Part shown: one piece after another, positions 38,701 to 51,690 of the stretch
Numbering within the stretch: position 1 is the first letter of the stretch
How the letters are laid out: every line of letters begins with the position of its first letter
From: Octopus vulgaris
Lineage: Eukaryota
NCBI GenBank assembly: GCA_951406725.2
Contig: OX597817.1
Span: 68,572,001 to 68,636,000 of the forward strand
Length of the DNA: 64,000 nt
Direction of reading: 5' to 3'
The notes under the pieces: model-generated
What the model was told of the DNA's origin: nothing
The model's database searches: none
Seen by the model: the letters and a program-made list of their open reading frames with translations, nothing else
Made by a program: the position numbers and the translations under genes

Positions 38701-39102
38701 TTACTCTTTTACTTGTTTCAGTCATTTGAATGCGGCCATGCTGGAGCACCGCCTTTTAGTCGAGCAAATCGATCCCAGGACTTATTCTTTGTAATCCCAG
38801 TACTTATTTTATCGTAACTGCTAAGTTACAGGAATATAAACACACCAGCATCGGTTGTTAAGCAATGTTTGGGGGACAAACACAGACACACAAACACACA
38901 CACACACACACACATACAAATATATACATATATACGACAGGCTTCTTTCAGTTTCCGTCTACCAATCCACCCACAAGGCTTTGGTCGGCCCGAGGCTATA
39001 GCAGAACAGAAGACACTTTGCCCAAGGTGCCACGCAGTGGGACTGAACCCGGAACCATGTGGTTGGTAAGCAAGCTACTTACCACACAGCCACACCTGCA
39101 CC
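38701..39102 (-). mobile_element. SINE family B, full length
   Basis: Reverse complement of the B consensus from head to tail. Confidence 0.9.
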
Positions 39103-39805
39103 TACTGCTGAATACATTATGTTGAAAATTAATTGAAACAAAGGTTGTATAATTCCAACAGAGTATAATAACCAAAGTGAAGGTAAGAACTACCTCACTC
39201 CTCGCTGCCCATCCAGGCTAAGGGCGAAACTTTTGAATCTGCGATACACAGTGATGATATGGAAGACCTCTCAGTATTGCGATGGATTTAGAAGAGCTTG
39301 CAATACCTATGAACAGATTCTGCAGTTTTTGCGAGGCAAAGCATGTCCGGTCTTATCCCATCACTCTATCAGACAAATGGGCATCAAATATCGGAAAGTT
39401 TCAAGAAAGTTCGAATGCAAAATAACTATGATTTATTGTATCCTTGCGAGGTTCTCTGGTTAAGCAAAGTGTACATAATCAAATCTTCTATGAGCTGAAT
39501 GCTGAAGTGACACTTTTTCATAGACATTAAAGGCATTCGCATAATGAGATTAGATGATGAAAAAAAGGGTTACAAAATTTGACGTTTTATTTCAATTTTA
39601 CGAATCACACAAATCCCCTAAATTTGAAAACACAAGGACTGGATGAGGCTATTGCCTTCTTCTTGCCAATATCAATGCTGTTCGTAGCTCGACTGGAAAA
39701 GAATACAGCATGCTACATTTTTCCAACGCCGAAACAGCAGGAGCTAGAGTCTGTAACGTAGTATATACTACATATATAATGTAGTATATATAAAATTTAA
39801 AACTA

Positions 39806-40055
39806 CGCCTTTGTTTTTAAAGCCTAGCCAGGCTCATGAGCCCGGTTTCCCGCTTTCTATGGCGTATGTATTCCCCCGCTGGACGGGACGCCAGTCCATC
39901 TCAGCGTTACTCATTTTTGCCAGCTGAGCGGACCGGAGCAACGTGAAATGAAGTGTTTTGCTCAAGAACACAACGCGTCGCCCGGTCCAGGTATCGAAAC
40001 CACAACCTTACGATCATGGTGCTGACACCCTAACCACTAAGCCACGCTCCTCCAC
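39806..40055 (-). mobile_element. SINE family C
   Basis: Minus strand GTGGAGGAGCGTGGCTTAGTGGTTAG..GGTTTCGATACC..GATGGACTGGCGTCCCGTCCAG..GGGAAACCGG. Confidence 0.88.
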
Positions 40056-40685
40056 AGAATATAGTATTGTATATACTCCATATATAATGTATATATAATG
40101 TTTATATAATGTTTCATTCTGTTGGATCAATTTCAAAAGGGATTTCGAGATTGACAAAATTATGAGCTCAAACTATATATAAGCGTAACTGTATTTGATT
40201 TAATGCTAAGTTCTCGATTCTTTGCAACTAGAATGAATTAATTTACAACTGGATAATACGTTGATATTCAAATTTAATAGTTTTTCCTTTTTCAGTTTTA
40301 TGGATCCTTAGTAGATATCTAAAAATATTAAATCTCAAAGAATCCCGCAGTGAAAATTGCATCATTGATTTCTACGATTTACGATAAAGGAATATTTTCT
40401 CGACATAAAATGTTACCTGCTTTCGGATAATAATTATTTTGCACCCATCTGAGAATTTGCCGCATTATCAATCTCATTTAACATCTTCTAGTCCTCAAAG
40501 ATAAGTAGATTTGACCATTAATATTCCAAGTAAAACATACCCCGCGGTGGTTTTGGTCTTTCGTTATCTAAAGCGTTATAACACTCTGGCGAATTAGCAT
40601 CTTATAACATTTTAATTCATGCTGCTAATGCAATCACATGTTTAACTGTTATTGTGCTTCATTGTTATTTCTCTCAATACAAATA

Positions 40686-41582
40686 TTGGGTTGAGGAATA
40701 ATTCATGAGCGTCTTTTTTTTCAAAATTATTTTTAAAAGAAAACAAAAAAAAAAATCAAATTATTCAATAATATGCTCCCCGTTGTTGTTTACGACTTTC
40801 TCTCATCGTTCAATAAGTCATTCCATGCCTCCCCGATAGAAATCTCCCCGTCTTGACTCAAAGAATTCGTCCAACCAAGCCCTCAATTCCACGTCATTAT
40901 TGAACGACACACCGCGCAACGCGTTCGAAAGCGATCGCAAGAGATAAAAATTTGACGGCGTCAAGTCTGGAGAATATGGAGGACGAGGCAGCACTTCCCA
41001 TTCGAGTTCTTGAATCGCGGCTTTGGTCATATTGGGGAGTTTCTGAACCTTGCGCCGAGTTTCTGAACCCATTGAATGAAGGTAGTTCACCACAGTTTTT
41101 TTTTTATCACAATCCATCTGCTCCAGCAATTCTCTGGTCGTTCGACGTGGATTTTAGTGAAAAAGTTGATTCAATCGCACTTCATCGAACTCAATTGGTT
41201 GACTGGTGTGTGATCCGTCCTTGAGGTAAAAATTCCCATTTTTGAAGCAGGAAAACCAACGGCGAGCGGTACTTCGAGGCATTGCTCCTTCTCCATACGT
41301 AGTACAAATCTCTCGAGCAGCTTCGGTGGCCTTGATACCTCAGTTAAATGTAAAAAGCAATGGTGCCGAAAATGCTCAGTTTTGTCCACTTGACACTTCA
41401 TTTTGATGATCTAAAAATACACAAAAAATCAATAAAATTAAAAAATCAAAACACACTATCTTGTAGAGCAAAAACTTTTCTTTTAAATAACACAAAACAT
41501 TTTGTCAGTGAGTTTTATTTCTGCGTGCATCTTTTAAATTGAGAAAAAAAAAAAAACGCTCATGAATTATTCCTCAACCCAA
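40686..41582 (-). mobile_element. Mariner transposon, internally deleted, perfect 26-bp TIRs
   Basis: TA|TTGGGTTGAGGAATAATTCATGAGCG ... CGCTCATGAATTATTCCTCAACCCAA|TA. The transposase N-terminus (MKCQVDKTEHFRH..WFSCFKNG) is joined to the C-terminus (LEWEVLPRPPYSPDLTPSNFYLLRSL); the WVPHEL-to-HDNA region is missing. Confidence 0.95.
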
Positions 41583-42200
41583 TACTTTTCAAAGGTATTT
41601 TGCATTCATGATTGTCCCTTGGTACTAAAAAGATTTCCTATGCCTGGTGTAGAAACTTTTCCTATGGCTTCATTATCAGAAATGTATATATAAAGTTATA
41701 AAAGTGGTGCTTACTTTATAAGACAATGTACACTTTTCAAACATTCAAATCTATATTTTACTCTATCTTTATTACATAACTGACCTTCTTCGCTGTACAT
41801 TTGAGGAATATTTACTTTGAAATATAAGCCTATTAGCAGTGAAGTTTTAATACTTTCACAATCAAATATCTTTTTATTTATACAGAATGAAACCTCAATA
41901 TGTCTTCGAGAACTATTGTTAGCCATATAACTCATATTGTTAATTATTAATGATTCTTATAGCGGGAAACAAGAAAATTAGATTGAACGAGCTCTTAGAA
42001 TTCTTTGTATATGAATAACATTATTACATGCAACAATTGTATATCGCAGTTATTGCCAAATTACTAATGTGTATATTTGCATATATGTACGAGAATACAT
42101 ACATACGTATATACATACATACATAAAATATAAGTGAGCAACAATGAGGTACAGTTGTCGTGCCTCAATTTAAGTACCTAATTCAGCTGAATCTTAATTG

Positions 42201-42267
<67 letters not shown>

Positions 42268-42944
42268 CTGAAGCTACTTTCGACGTTACTCTGAGGTTCC
42301 TGTTTCTGATAGTCAAGAAAACTAAAGGAAAGCAGCATAACAATATAAAATGAAAAATATTCATAATTATATCGCAATACAAAACTGAATAATGCTCCCT
42401 CATCCACCAAAAGAAGCGCCACACATTCAGTTATTCAATTGTTATACGTAGAACACGTGATAGTAATCGCGTATGTATGGGTAAGAAAATCTGATCTTTT
42501 TACATCAAATATACTCCTTGCCTTTTAAATACGCTAAATCAAACCAATATATACGATTTATACTGATAAATCAAGCGTTATAGAGTTAAGTTATAACTAA
42601 CAAAAATATTCAATAGATCCAGTCATCATCAGCTCGTACATAGATGCAAAAAGGAATCGTTTTGTATGTTTTTGTTAAGGGTCAATGAAACGAAAACAAA
42701 ATAGCACAAAGATTTTAATTGCAACAAAAATCTATAGCTCAGAAAGAATCTGAGAAATTTTAAACATAAATGTATAGACAATATTTCCGACACTTCAACT
42801 GCAACAAAAACAACAGATAAGTGTTTACATATTTGATGTAATTAGTAACAGAAAACAAGTTGATGAATTTTATCAGTATATATAATTCAATCAGTTCAAA
42901 AGGCAGTTTGAACATATTTCAGTCTTACGCAAAACATGAAAAAG

Positions 42945-43130
42945 CGGCGAGCTGGTAGAATCGTTAGTGCGTCGGACGAAATGCTTAGCGCCATTTCTTC
43001 AGACTCTTTACGTTATGAGTTCAAATTGTGCTAAGATTGATAAAATGGGTAGACGTCAAGTAAGTAGGGTCGATTACATCGACCTTTATCTCCCCCTCAA
43101 ATGTTAGGAGCTGGTACCCAAATTTGAAAG
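42945..43130 (+). mobile_element. SINE family A
   Basis: GCGGCGAGCTGGTAGAATCGTTAG..GAAATGCTTAGCG..GAGTTCAAATT. Confidence 0.8.
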
Positions 43131-43999
43131 AATCATTAAAAGCATAGATTTCTACAATGAAAGAGAGCTAAAGGAATCACTAAGAAAAATGGACATGGTT
43201 ATATATTGTTTACAGCAAAAGAAATACAGGTATTCTCTAAATATAAAGACTTAGAACAAGATATTGGAAACGCACAAAATTCAGTAACATGATAAACTTA
43301 TTAAAGAATAAGGTGCCGATACATTAATGCAGCAAGTTAAACAATTTTAAGTGTACAACACGGAGAGGAAGACCAACAAACGTAAGGTCTCAAATTTGGA
43401 GGCCGAGTACAGTTGAATTATATTGATTCCAGTATTTAATTCGTACTTATTTAATTGGCCTGGAAGAATGCAAGATTAATTCGATCTTTGTGGAAATTGA
43501 ACCGAGAATGCACAAATAGGCAACAATTTTGAACACGATTGCAATTCAGTTCAATTAAAACTACAGTCAGTTTTCTTCTATCAAGTCAAGTTTTTTTTTC
43601 TGCAGGTTACTCTTTGAATAAGCACAGTTGTATTGTTTGACTGATAGTAATCGGACTGGTCAGCTGATTGCGTGTATTATTTTATTGATAAGAAGTGAGA
43701 ATATTTCAGATCTGATATTTTAAGTTAAGTTTTGAAAGGGATGGAACCTATAGTTAGTTTCAAATATCCCTCCAAAGCATCAAGACTGGATGAGATCTTA
43801 CTTGAAAAAGAAGCGGAGGTAATCTACTTTTGATCTAAGTGCTTTCGAGTGACCTAAGGTTTATGTATTGCTATAACAACCAGGGTTTACTGGAGGAAAT
43901 GGGAATTCCGATCTACAAAATTGAATGACGATTGTTCATCGATAGCTCAAAGCAGAGCTTAAAGTGTGTCCACCTCCACAATGGCAATGGTGCAGCTTC

Positions 44000-44275
44000 A
44001 GGTTTAGTCCCACTGCGTGACATTATGGTTAAGTGTCTTCTGTTTTAGCCTCGGGCCGACCAATGCCTTGTGCATAAATTTGGAAGGCGGAAACAGTGTG
44101 AAATTCCATATATCTGTGTTTGTGTAAGTCCTCCTCCCACACACACAATATCTTGACAACTGGTGTTTTTCAGCTAGCTGTTTTGCCAAAAGAGACTGAT
44201 AGAATAAGTACCTGACTAAAGCCATCAAGGCGGTGCCCCAGCATGGCTGCGGTCCATTGACTGAAACAAGTTAAA
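44000..44275 (+). mobile_element. SINE family B (deleted)
   Basis: AGTCCCACTGCGTG..TAGCCTCGGGCCGACC..GCCCCAGCATGG. Confidence 0.8.
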
Positions 44276-45905
44276 GATTAATTACAAAATTTAATAATCA
44301 TCTTTTAAGCGCATATCCATTCCCGTAAGTGCTATTCTCTCCAAAAATATATACGGTCGTGCGCACACACACGTCTAACATTCAGAATATACCAGAAATT
44401 AATATGCTCACAAGAAACTGAGTGCACAGAAGGTTAGTTGCCAATGTAGTAATTAATAATTGATACTTATTATTCATTTGTCAAGGGAAATTTTTTGCAT
44501 AGCAAACAAACTTTTCGCACACTGGCTATTATAAAATGAGAAAGAACAGCACTCAGAATTCACCTGCAGTACTAAAAACGATCCCCCGCCTGTTGGTCTA
44601 TGGTGATGATTTGATCAAAAGAAACTTTGTATTAGTGTATATTACTACATACACTTTGATTGTAATAGTTTTGTTTTTCATCCACATGTTCCTTGCAGAT
44701 GTAATCTGTTAACTTCGTATGTTCTGTGTGTCTTTCTTTCAACGTATCAAAGTAAATAAGTAACTACATAACGTAACACAACAGAAACAGTATCAATAAT
44801 AACAATAGCAATAATATAATAATAATGATAATACAAATAATAATAATAATCAGTTGGAAAACAAGAAAGAACGAAAAGCTTAAGAACAGAGCTAAAAGAG
44901 GGGGAAAAAGACTCCAAGAAATGGATTTCTATTTAATCTTTATAAAACTTGTTCAAATATTGCGATCTGAAGAAATTACGCAGTCAGGCATTTTTAGCAG
45001 GTGTGTTTAACAATAATAACAAGTATAACAATAAAAATACCAAGAACAACAATAGCAAAAACGATGGGAATTATTATTATTATTATTATTATTATTAATA
45101 TGATAATGCATTTCTTTGACTCGAGGGAAAGAGAAATTCAACAGTTGAGAAAAAAAAGAATGAATTTTAAAACTTACAGCCAAAATGCGAGATAAAGGAG
45201 AAAGAGAAAACAAGCAAATACCATAAATAAAATTTTTAATTGGTTTATATAATCTTTTGTTTGTTTTGGTTTATGCTAGACAACATGTATATATTTACTC
45301 ACTTCATAGTTTCTAAGCAACCTTAGAAATGTTGCAAAAATTCATCTCAAGAAAGACACACACATAATATGCATGCGTACATATTTATACACACATCTAT
45401 ACTTACCTACACATATGTACGCAGAAACATACACAATGTATGAATATATGTATGATTGTATCTGCAACATTAACAATGGGCGATGTGATGGCCAAGTTTT
45501 GTCGGCGAGTGTAATATGCTACAGAATAGGAAAATTTAAGTGAAGGAAAACCGTATAATGTTAAGTTTTCCATATGACTATGGATTTAAAAATTGAGTTT
45601 ATTCTGTGACTTCAGGTGGAATTGTGTTATTGCGAATGGTATAAGAAAATAAAACCACACACGCATACAGCAGACGCAAATACATTATTATTTGCAATTA
45701 GTTTCCCAGAGTATAATAACTAGTAAGGCAGTACACATTGGTTACGAATGTATCCAGTACTCACTGAAACGCTTTGTGTGGTTAAGAAATTCGCTTCACG
45801 ACCACGTGGTTTTGTGTTCAGTCCCGCAGCGCGGCAGTTTAAGCATGTGTTTACAAGCTGCAGCTACACACACACACACACACACACACATACACACACA
45901 CACAT

Positions 45906-45944
<39 letters not shown>

Positions 45945-45983
45945 GTACGTGTGTATATTTGCGTATATCTGTGTACATTTCTG

Positions 45984-46192
45984 TTTTACTCTAGGCACAA
46001 AGCTCGAAATTTTAGGAGAGGAAGCCAGTCGATTAGAGAATCCCCAGTTCGCAACTGGTACTTAATTTATCGACCCGGAAATGATGAAAGGCAAAGTCGA
46101 CCTCGGTGGAATTTGAACTCAGAGCGTATAGACAGACGAAATACCTCTAAGCATTTCGCCCGACGTTCTAACGTTTCTGCCCGCTCGCCGCC
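45984..46192 (-). mobile_element. SINE family A, monomer
   Basis: Full head to tail 2; imperfect flanking repeat TCT(G/A)TGTACATTT. Confidence 0.88.
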
Positions 46193-46304
46193 TTTCTATG
46201 TACATTTATACATATGTAGGTATAAAGATATCTGTGTGTGTGTGTGTGTCTGTGTGTATATATACACACACATCCTTCCATACTGTATGGGAGTGTGATA
46301 TGAT

Positions 46305-46922
46305 GGCGCAGGCGTAGGTGTGCGGTAAAAATTGTTTCCCAACCACATGGTTCCAGGTTCAGTCTGCGAGGCACCTTAGGCAAGTGCATGCCTCAGGTCG
46401 ACCAAAGCATTATGAGTGGATTTGATAGACGGAAACTGTAAGAAGCCAGGTGTGCGTGTGAGGTATTTTTCACGTCTCCCATATTTTAAACAGCAACAAT
46501 GCTTTAATCGGCATATTTGAATTTTACTTCATCTCATTCAAATTACATAATTTTAGATATTAATTACGCAATAATTATATACATGATATCTCTTTTACTC
46601 TTTTACGTGTTTCAGTCATTTGACTGCGGCCATGCTGGGGCACCGCCTTTAGTCGAGCAAATCGACCCCGGGACTTATTCTTTGTAAGCCCAGTATTTAT
46701 TCTATCGGTCTCTTTTGCCGAACCGCTAAGTGACGAGGACGTAAACACACCAGCATCGGTTGTCAAGCAATGCTAGGGGGACACACAAACACACACATAC
46801 ATATATATATATACGACAGGCTTCTTTCAGTTTCCATCTACCAAATCCACTCACAAGTGGGACTGAACCCGGAACCATGTGGTTGGTTAGCAAGCTACTT
46901 ACTACACAGCCACTCCTGCGCC
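46305..46922. mobile_element. Two SINE B copies in inverted orientation (46305-46445 +, 46594-46922 -)
   Basis: Head GGCGCAGGCGTAGG..CCAACCACATGGTTCCAGGTTCAGTC on +, and its reverse complement at 46860-46922. Confidence 0.85.
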
Positions 46923-47279
46923 ATTTTAACTGTGAAAACATTTGTAGAACATAATGGAATTTTGAAATATCAGTGAGACTTTTCCTTTTGTATTCTTAAT
47001 ATTTTGCTCTGAAAATCTTAACCAACGTATATCTATGCAAATTCATTTCTTTTATGGATATGGCACCGAATCAATATTGCATTTTTAAGTTTAATAGCAC
47101 GATATAAAAAAAATTGTGCTGTTAATCAGTGGATATCTTTTATAGTGTTTTATAATGTACATACGTATGTATCGTGCACTTTCCTGTCATAGACGAACAA
47201 ATAACTTTTTTAACATAGACGAAAAAATGATCACTGTAAACAGTGATCATTTGCTTATGCTGTACATCAGCTTACTCCC

Positions 47280-47465
47280 TTCATCAAACCGATATTGCCT
47301 GTACGGGGACACGGCATGTCATATGCCAGAGGAAGTGATCTCAGAGCAAAGAGAAATCAAGTGTTTTGCTCAAGAACACAAAGCACTGTCCTATCAGGAA
47401 ATTGAAATCACATCTTCCGACCGTGAATGCAACACTCTACCCATTAGCCCACGTGCGTTCACTCA

Positions 47466-47498
<33 letters not shown>

Positions 47499-48020
47499 CT
47501 TTCTTTTTCATATGCATGTGTGGGAATCTCTTTGTGTTTGATTTCCCTACTGCTTAAAATCCAGTATGGCTTCTTTACACCCTTTCAACTAAGTGGTTTG
47601 GCAAAAAAAAAAAAGACCAATAGAATAAATATCAGCCTTGAAATAAAAACTAATACAGATTTGTTTGATAAACTCTTCAATCAATTGCTCCAGCATCGAC
47701 GCAATCCAGTGATTGAGACAAAATAAAGAATATACTGACGGTTCAGTAATCCAAAACTTGTTTGTAATTTTCTCCCTTGCTTGGAAACTAAGATCGGGTT
47801 TTCCTCTAGACATGTCAATTTATTTTCTGAATTATTTTCTTCTACCATTTAATTATTTTATTTTTTCCAGTCATTGGACAACAGCCATGCTTGAGCACTG
47901 TCTTGATGTTTTTCTATTCATTTGTAATTCAATCGATGAGATCGACCCTATTATTTTCAAAAGTTTGGTACTTATTTTATTTTACCTATTTATCGAACTA
48001 CCGGATTATGGGGATGTATA
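47280..48020. mobile_element. SINE cluster: C head (-, ~47340-47460), B tail (+, ~47530-47730), B tail (-, ~47865-48020)
   Basis: Motif matches to other copies. Confidence 0.7.
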
Positions 48021-48362
48021 GTGCAGAAAAAAACTTGAAGTGATACAAGAAAACTAAGTGTAGTTTTGAAATCAGCGTGCCAATTTAGTCTAAAGTGAAG
48101 AAGCAAAACTCAGAAATTATGTTCAAAATTGTTCCCTTCTGTAATGCGTATTCAGAAGTAGAATATAATACGTATAATAAGCATATATTTAGCCTCGAGA
48201 AGAAGATAGACACCGTGAATTAACTAGGATCCACATTTCAAGTGACTGAACTCTTCGGTATATCTGTGAGGTATATTTTAACAGTGAGACTTAAATATAT
48301 AATATTAAGCACATTGCACAGGATATCCGTATCAATATTTATAAATGTCATATACGTGCTAA

Positions 48363-48364
<2 letters not shown>

Positions 48365-48412
<48 letters not shown>

Positions 48413-48452
48413 TATAAATATATACATACATACATACATATATACATATATA

Positions 48453-48488
<36 letters not shown>

Positions 48489-48735
48489 TATATACATATA
48501 TACATATATATATTTATATATATTTATATATATAAATGTATATATACATACATATATACATATATATATATATTTATATTAATATATATATATACATATA
48601 TATATACATACATACATACATGCATACATATATATTTTTACATATATATATATATATACATATATATTTATATTAATATATATATATATATATACACACA
48701 TACAAATACACGCGCGCACACATATGCAGATATAC
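48365..48735. repeat. Compound (TA)n-rich tract
   Basis: Direct inspection. Confidence 0.95.
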
Positions 48736-49031
48736 ATATTCTCATTCGCCATGGTGGCCGGATATCAACTGTGTTCTCGTGTTGGATAATTACTAGCTAA
48801 TCAACAAGCATGAAAATCGTTGCCATTAGGTTGTTGACTGGCAATCATCAAAGAATATACCATCCATCATCATCATTCAGGTTCTGAGCAACTTCTTTCA
48901 GTTCGTTATTAATGTGTCTATATGTGCTTGTATGTATGCGTGAGCATTTCTTCCTCACTCTCTACTTATCTCTGTCTGTCTGCCTGTCTCTCTCTCTCTC
49001 TCCCTCTTTCTTTCTATTTATCTATCAATCA

Positions 49032-49084
<53 letters not shown>

Positions 49085-49275
49085 CATGTATATATGCTCT
49101 TATATACAAGTACATACAAGTACATAAACGTAATACTGTGTGTTTGTGTGTGAGTGTGTGTGTGTGTGAGTGTGAGTGTGTGTGTGTGTGTGTGCTAATT
49201 TGTGTATTACATAGATGTTACATATATTATAGCTCGCTACCTATCTATGATTTTTACACATATTCTCTCTCTTTT

Positions 49276-49314
<39 letters not shown>

Positions 49315-50315
49315 GTGTACATGTTGTATGCGTACAGATCACTGATTTTGAACTACTTCCGTCACTAATAACGAATGTGTGTGTGTGTGTATGTCTGCTC
49401 ACAAGCGAATATAAAACAAACATAAAGATCCAACACTTTATAATAGAGTGCAAATTGGAGTCGATGATTACGCGGCTATTTCATGGCACAGATTTTTCAC
49501 TAATGCTAAATCGTCAAGTGATGTAGGAAAAAAAAAAATGTAAAGAATTTCTTATACAGTTAATCTTTTTAATTTTTATCGTTTTATAATTACCGTTGAC
49601 GTTTCTGTGACCATTTATTCATTTATTATTATTATTATTTTTTTTTTTTTTTCAGTTTATAAATACTTGTTATGATTCGGTGTAAGAATATAGAAGCGTC
49701 GGCGTGCAGCGTATGTTGAGAGCAGAGGAAGAGGGTTGAAATTAAAATGTGAGTAGTAACGTAATGTATAATACATTCATTATAAATGCGTGTGACTGTT
49801 AATTGATCTAATGATAATTTAAAAATCAAATAAATTTGCGTGTGTTGTGTGTAATGGAAGTCAATAAAAAAAGCCGTTATGAAATTATGGGCGAGTGAAG
49901 GTCAAAGGATAATGTCTTTAATGTTGCTGATATCTATGTATGATAGCTAATGGATGGGGAGTAATGAAAGAAAATTTTGTCTCGGTGAAAATGATGAATG
50001 TGTTACGTTGCTGGAGATAAATCGGTGAACATTAGAGAAATTGTCTCAGTGTAGCTGTTTCTTATTCTGCTTCTGTACTTTTATCTTTTACTTGGTTCAG
50101 TCATTGGATTGCGGCCATGCCGAAGCTCCACCCTGAAGGGTTTCAGTTGAACAGATCGACCCCAGTATTTATTTTTTTTTGTAAAGCCGGGTACTTATTT
50201 TATTTGTCTAGGGCCGAACCACTAATTTATAAGGATGTAAAGAAATCGGCGTTGATTGTCATGCGGCGAGTGTGGACAAACACAATACATAGAAACCAAC
50301 ATGTGCGCGCGCGCC

Positions 50316-50790
50316 GACCCCAATACTTGACTGGTACCTTAATTTATCGACTCCGAAAGGATAAAAGGCAAAGTCGACCTCTTCAGCGGAATTTGAACTC
50401 AGAACGTAGCGGTAGACGAAATACCTATATCTTTACTACCCACAAGGGGCTAAACACAGAGAGGACAAACAAGGACAGATAAACGGACTGGGTCGATTAT
50501 ATCGACCCCAGTACGTAACCGGTACTTATATAATCGACCCCGAAAGGATGAAAGGCAAAGTCCTTCGGCGGAATTTGAACTCAGAACGTAAAGACATACG
50601 AAATACCTATTTCTTTACTACCCACAAGGGGCTAAACACAGAGAGGACAAACGAGGACAGACAAACGGATTAAGTCGATTATATCGACCCCAGTGCGTAA
50701 CTGGTACTTAATTTATCGACCCCGAAAGGATGAAAGGCAAAGTCGACCTCGGCGGAATTTGAACTCAGAACGTAACGGCAGACGAAATAC
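50316..50790 (-). mobile_element. SINE family A headless trimer (three tandem bodies, period ~180-190 bp)
   Basis: The unit ACTGGTAC..ATCGACCCCGAAAGGATGAAAGGCAAAGTC..GGAATTTGAACTCAGAACGTA..CGAAATAC occurs three times, twice joined via CTATTTCTTTACTACCCACAAGGGGCTAAACACAGAGAGGAC. Confidence 0.92.
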
Positions 50791-50814
50791 GGTTACATTA
50801 ACGTAATATGAGTT

Positions 50815-51172
50815 TCATATTTTAGCGCAAGACCAGGACTTTCGGGGAGGGTGAGTCGATTACATCGACCACAGTGTTCAACTGGTACTTGTTTTATTGA
50901 ACTCTAAGGGATGAAAGATACAGTCAACCCCGATGCAATTTGAACTCAGAACATGAAGACGGGGGAAATGTAGCTAAGTGTTTTGCCCGGCGTGTTAACG
51001 ATTCTGCCAGCTCACTGCCCTTGATTTTTACTTTCTTTTCGCAATATTACTTTCAAATTTTGGCACAAGGCCAGCACTTTCGGATAAGGGGATAAGCGCA
51101 ATTTGAACTAAGAACGTAAAGACGCTATGCATTTTGCTAGGCGTGCTAACGATTCTGCCAGCTCACCACCTT
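50815..51172 (-). mobile_element. Two further SINE A monomers (second internally deleted)
   Basis: Each ends on + with AACGATTCTGCCAGCTCAC(T/C). Confidence 0.85.
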
Positions 51173-51544
51173 TCATCATCGTCATCATTATCATTATTTA
51201 TATATTTATTTATAATATTAAGACGAAAAGTTTTGTGGTTGTAGATTTAAGGGAGACAGTTCGTTGCCTTTTCTTTTTGCACACATAAACTACGCCTGTA
51301 GTTCTCATACGCAATAAAACTAAAGAGAGAGTGTGACTTACTACGGCCACTTTTTGTAAACTTCAATTTGTAGTAGTTATATAATGGATTTATCCTGAAT
51401 AAGGGACCAAGAAAGTATTGTACGTAAAGCTAAGAATACAGATACGTACTTATGGTTTGGGTCAGCAGGTGGAGATAACTGTGAAAAGAACTTTTGAAAA
51501 ATGTTGAAATAATTTTGAAAAGAACTGTTGAAATAACTGAAATA

Positions 51545-51690
51545 ACGTAAGCACCCCGGAGCGGGGCTGGGGTGGCCGTTCGATCTTCATTGTATAATTT
51601 CACCGTTCCACTCTTTCGTGTGTTGATTGTCCCCGCATGTGTGTATTGTCCCATCTATGTTTAGCCCTTTGTGGGTAATAAGTAAATCAG
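51545..51690 (+). mobile_element. Isolated retroelement 3' tail (same type as 2759-2901)
   Basis: Hairpin CACCCCGG-AGCGGGG-CTGGGGTG (51552-51574) followed about 75 bp later by TGTCCCATCTATGTTTAGCCCTTTGTGGGTAATAA. Confidence 0.55.

Noticed and set aside
38865-39125. Recurrent peptides such as [25 protein letters not shown] in several ORFs
   Set aside because: Antisense translation of the SINE B head, not a protein family.
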